Assembly: GCA_054600435.1 (NCBI GenBank)
Contig: BAAIJX010000030.1
Coordinates: 248,001-271,363, forward strand
DNA: 23,363 nucleotides
Direction of reading: 5' to 3'
DNA from: Neophaeotheca triangularis
Lineage: Eukaryota
The notes under the pieces are model-generated. The model made no database searches. It saw only the letters and a program-made list of their open reading frames with translations, and was not told the DNA's origin. Position 1 is the first letter of the stretch, and each line of letters starts with the position of its first letter. Below, piece by piece: positions 20,587 to 23,363 of the stretch. The translations under genes and the position numbers were made by a program.

Positions 20587-21120
20587 AGATCCCAAGTACC
20601 ATCCTTTCCCTCGGACACAGGTGGACACGCAGGCAACAATGGCGTTTGGAACTTCATTACAATAGGCGCGAGCCGGTCTTGTGGTTTGTGACGGCAAGTT
20701 TAGTGTAGTATACCCATACCCACGGCGTTCGGTTGAACATTAACCTTGCTAGCAAGATATACCCGCAGTCTGTTTCCCGGTGATTCAACAAGTATGCAAA
20801 ACTGACCGCGATGAGAAACAAATCAATTGCTCTTGCCCTCTGATTTTCCTTGCTGTTGCTCTGAGAGTGTGCCAAGTAAGTCATACTGCTTGATCAAACA
20901 GGGAGAGCTTGGCTTCCATAGGCGATCCAATCTCCCCGATTTAATTTCGACGTAGTGCATGAGAAGAAAGGGCACCGTATGCTGGATAATGGTCACGATG
21001 CTGATGACGCTTAATGCGAAGCTCACTCAACGATGCCGCAAAGTTACGGCGTTCATTATTGAAGTTTGAAACAGCGCTGCATTTTGGGTATCGAGAGATC
21101 TATCAATTCTACAAGGTTTC

Positions 21121-22194
21121 CTAGACCTGTGTTCCGTCGCTGCCACGTTGTATCATCTCCTGCAAAGGCGTGTCGATGCGCTTCGTTTGCTCTTTGAGGT
21201 TGAAGTCTTGTACTAGCTTCCTCCAAGATGTCGCTGCTCTGTCTGCATGTTCTCTGGGGACGTTCTCACTGCTATCCGTCAACGTTCGTGAGAATAACTC
21301 GGCGGCAAGGCACCCTTCGAAACCCAGATCGACCAGAATCGTGTGCAGGACTTCTTTGACGGGCAAATAAGCGCCACGGTCCTCCTCGCCATAAAATAAC
21401 CGGCAGTTTCTCGACCAGCTCATTCGCGCAGGCTGACTGGCGTCATAATAAGCGTGGCCCTCTCGTAGAGGCGCCTCAAGCCTTTCCGCATCTACGACCT
21501 GCACCCAGACAATCTTCTCGACATCGATCGAGCTCGCCATCCGCTGCAGGGAAGCTCGCATTCTTTCCTCGGCGTTTTCATTCCTCCCAGACTCCGCCGC
21601 AGGGTCCGCGTAGACGCGCGCCGCGATGTTGAAAGTATCGAGACAGATGCCGAAATTGGGCCTATCGACTCGGCGCACGACATCCCAGCATTGCTCCCAA
21701 GTGTCGACGTGAGTTCCCCAAGCCAGGCTTTCATACGAAAAGCGAATGTCGTGAGGGGCACCGAGATCGGCCACAGCCCGGAAGTCGGCGACGATGGTGT
21801 CGATGTCGCCGGTCGTTTCCTCGGCGGACAGAAAGGTCGAAGGAATGGCGATGATGTCCGTTCGCAGAATTCTCGCCAGATCGATCCACAGCCGCATTTC
21901 CTCGACACGCTGCTGGTGCCTCTGTCGGTCGCGAAGGCCCTCGTAGTGCATAAAGGGTTGGAGGCAGACGATTGCGAGGCCCCGCTCATCACACATTGAG
22001 CGAACCATCTTTGCCGCGGCTCGCAGTCTCGCGTCACTTGTGTCCAGGGTCAGTTTGTCGGCGATGTAGCTGAGGTCTTCGTAGAAGAGTTCCAGGTCGA
22101 AGCCGATCCGGGCCGCTTGGTCGAGCTTGGATGGCAAGTCGTGGACCCATGCTCTGCCGAGCGAGTGGCTCGAAATGGCTGGGTAGCAAGGCAT
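21121..22194 (-). CDS. qutC: 3-dehydroshikimate dehydratase (QutC/Qa-4-like; AP-endonuclease-2/xylose-isomerase TIM barrel), 357 aa, intronless
   Basis: The motifs SLGRAWVHDLPSKLDQAA, ELFYEDL, CLQPFMHYEGL, YESLAWGTHVDTWE, RVDRPNFGICLDTFN, VQVVDAERL, MSWSRNCRLF and ELFSR match fungal DHS dehydratases as I know them. Confidence 0.88.
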   Translation of the reverse strand: MPCYPAISSHSLGRAWVHDLPSKLDQAARIGFDLELFYEDLSYIADKLTLDTSDARLRAAAKMVRSMCDERGLAIVCLQPFMHYEGLRDRQRHQQRVEEMRLWIDLARILRTDIIAIPSTFLSAEETTGDIDTIVADFRAVADLGAPHDIRFSYESLAWGTHVDTWEQCWDVVRRVDRPNFGICLDTFNIAARVYADPAAESGRNENAEERMRASLQRMASSIDVEKIVWVQVVDAERLEAPLREGHAYYDASQPARMSWSRNCRLFYGEEDRGAYLPVKEVLHTILVDLGFEGCLAAELFSRTLTDSSENVPREHADRAATSWRKLVQDFNLKEQTKRIDTPLQEMIQRGSDGTQV

Positions 22195-23215
22195 CTTCTG
22201 GGTTCGTTTGCGTGATGGTCAATTAGTTGCTGCTAGATGGATATGGATTGTGCTGGTTTGGGGGGCGAGTGCAAAGCAATGTCATCAAGGGTTTCGAGGA
22301 AAGTGGACTGCGTGAATGCTGCGAGAGGATTCGTCTTCTATTATATGACGTCCAGGGTTGGGCTATCAAGATAACACGAGCGGCCTAGAGATAGCTCAAC
22401 TCAAAAATGCTGAACCGAGATTATGATGGATGGATGAATGCAGGGCGGAGGACGGCGGCGAAATGCTACTTCCTACTACGGTGAGGTTACTCAAGGCTTG
22501 GTACAGTACTTGGAAGCTCGTTCCATTATTATCCTTGGACCAGATCCGCGGCATAACAACACCTCGTGACTCGAGCATGCCATGATTATTGTGCCAACTT
22601 TCCGCTGATAATAACAAGTGTGGTGGCTATTACTGACGGAGGTGTCGTCCGTGGACAGTAGGTAGGATTCAAAAAAGATCTCGCACTGGCCACATACTGC
22701 ATGCACTCGCACATCAGGATTCAGGGGGATAGATAAAGTCAATCCTTGGTCCCTGCATGGCCAATCTTGTGTACCACATCCGCGGTGTAGCTATTGTCCA
22801 AGAATAGAAATAGACGTTGGGGCTTGTGCAACCAACCATGTCCATACCTTACCGCATTGTTATTATTGACTGTTGCTTCCTCTTCTCTCTCCGCCTTTGC
22901 TATCCGCTCGCTCCTCATCAGTAATGAATGAGATAAGTAAAAAAGCACCATTCAACCCAGCGGGCCCTCCATCTCTGCACGAACCTCAATAACAGACTCC
23001 CCGCCCCCCCAAATTGACCCAGCATACGGTACTCACCAGCCATCGTCTTGACAACGGCCCCGAGAGTCTAGCAAACCTTCAAGACGCAGCACCCAGACCG
23101 TGAAGATCGACAGACCTCACAGCTTTGCTCGCATGGCAAAGGCACGTTTTACAAAAGACGATAATTTCGTGTTGGGGAGCTCGACGCCCGTCTATTATGA
23201 TGCTCCCTCGAAACC

Positions 23216-23217
<2 letters not shown>

Positions 23218-23277
<60 letters not shown>

Positions 23278-23295
23278 CGGGGGGGGGGCGGGGGG
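23218..23295 (+). repeat. Poly-G tract (60 uninterrupted G, then G runs broken by two C)
   Basis: Directly visible: G at 23218-23277, C at 23278 and 23289, and G to 23295. Confidence 0.95.
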
Positions 23296-23363
23296 AGGAC
23301 TTCTTGCAAGGGTTGAAGAAGAAGAGTTTTGGGCCTGGGAAGTCTGGGGGCACGGGGATTGGA

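Noticed and set aside
19300..21120. Intact Tc1/mariner element around the HTH gene
   Set aside because: No DDE domain. A TA-CAGT at about 19369 has no matching inverted end that I could find.
1707..22194. Cryptic peroxisomal targeting through stop-codon readthrough
   Set aside because: None of the stops I checked has the TGA-CTA context, and no predicted C-terminus ends in an SKL-like tripeptide.
23079..23316. Poly-Pro and poly-Gly ORFs
   Set aside because: They are only translations of the poly-G tract, with non-ATG starts.
1..23363. tRNA, rRNA or CRISPR arrays
   Set aside because: None recognisable by eye, and the sequence is eukaryotic. Small ncRNAs cannot be excluded without a covariance-model search.

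Overview
Gene-dense eukaryotic DNA from a filamentous ascomycete. The evidence is short GT-AG introns of 48-93 nt with CTRAC-type branch sites; a Dothideomycete origin is my inference only. The left half is housekeeping: the 5' end of a secreted-protein gene, a GCIP/CCNDBP1-like gene, ARP6, an ARM-repeat (SmgGDS-like) gene, a three-exon DPM3 that the ORF track misses, and ATG11. The right half looks accessory or catabolic: a secreted FAD-dependent oxidoreductase, an anion:cation-symporter-type MFS transporter, an intradiol (hydroxyquinol-type) dioxygenase, a small HTH protein and a 3-dehydroshikimate dehydratase (qutC/qa-4-like), ending in a long poly-G tract. Three observations stand out. (1) The HTH gene looks like the DNA-binding half of a Tc1/IS630-type transposase that has lost its catalytic domain and gained an NLS and a P/Q-rich tail. 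It is a candidate domesticated transcription factor lying inside a candidate aromatic-catabolism mini-cluster. (2) ATG11 has a hidden in-frame terminal exon, so splicing versus intron retention would give two C-termini, one carrying a WxxL Atg8-interaction-like motif. (3) Transporter, dioxygenase and dehydratase suggest a dehydroshikimate > protocatechuate > hydroxyquinol route outside a canonical qut cluster. All family calls are by motif recognition; no searches were run.
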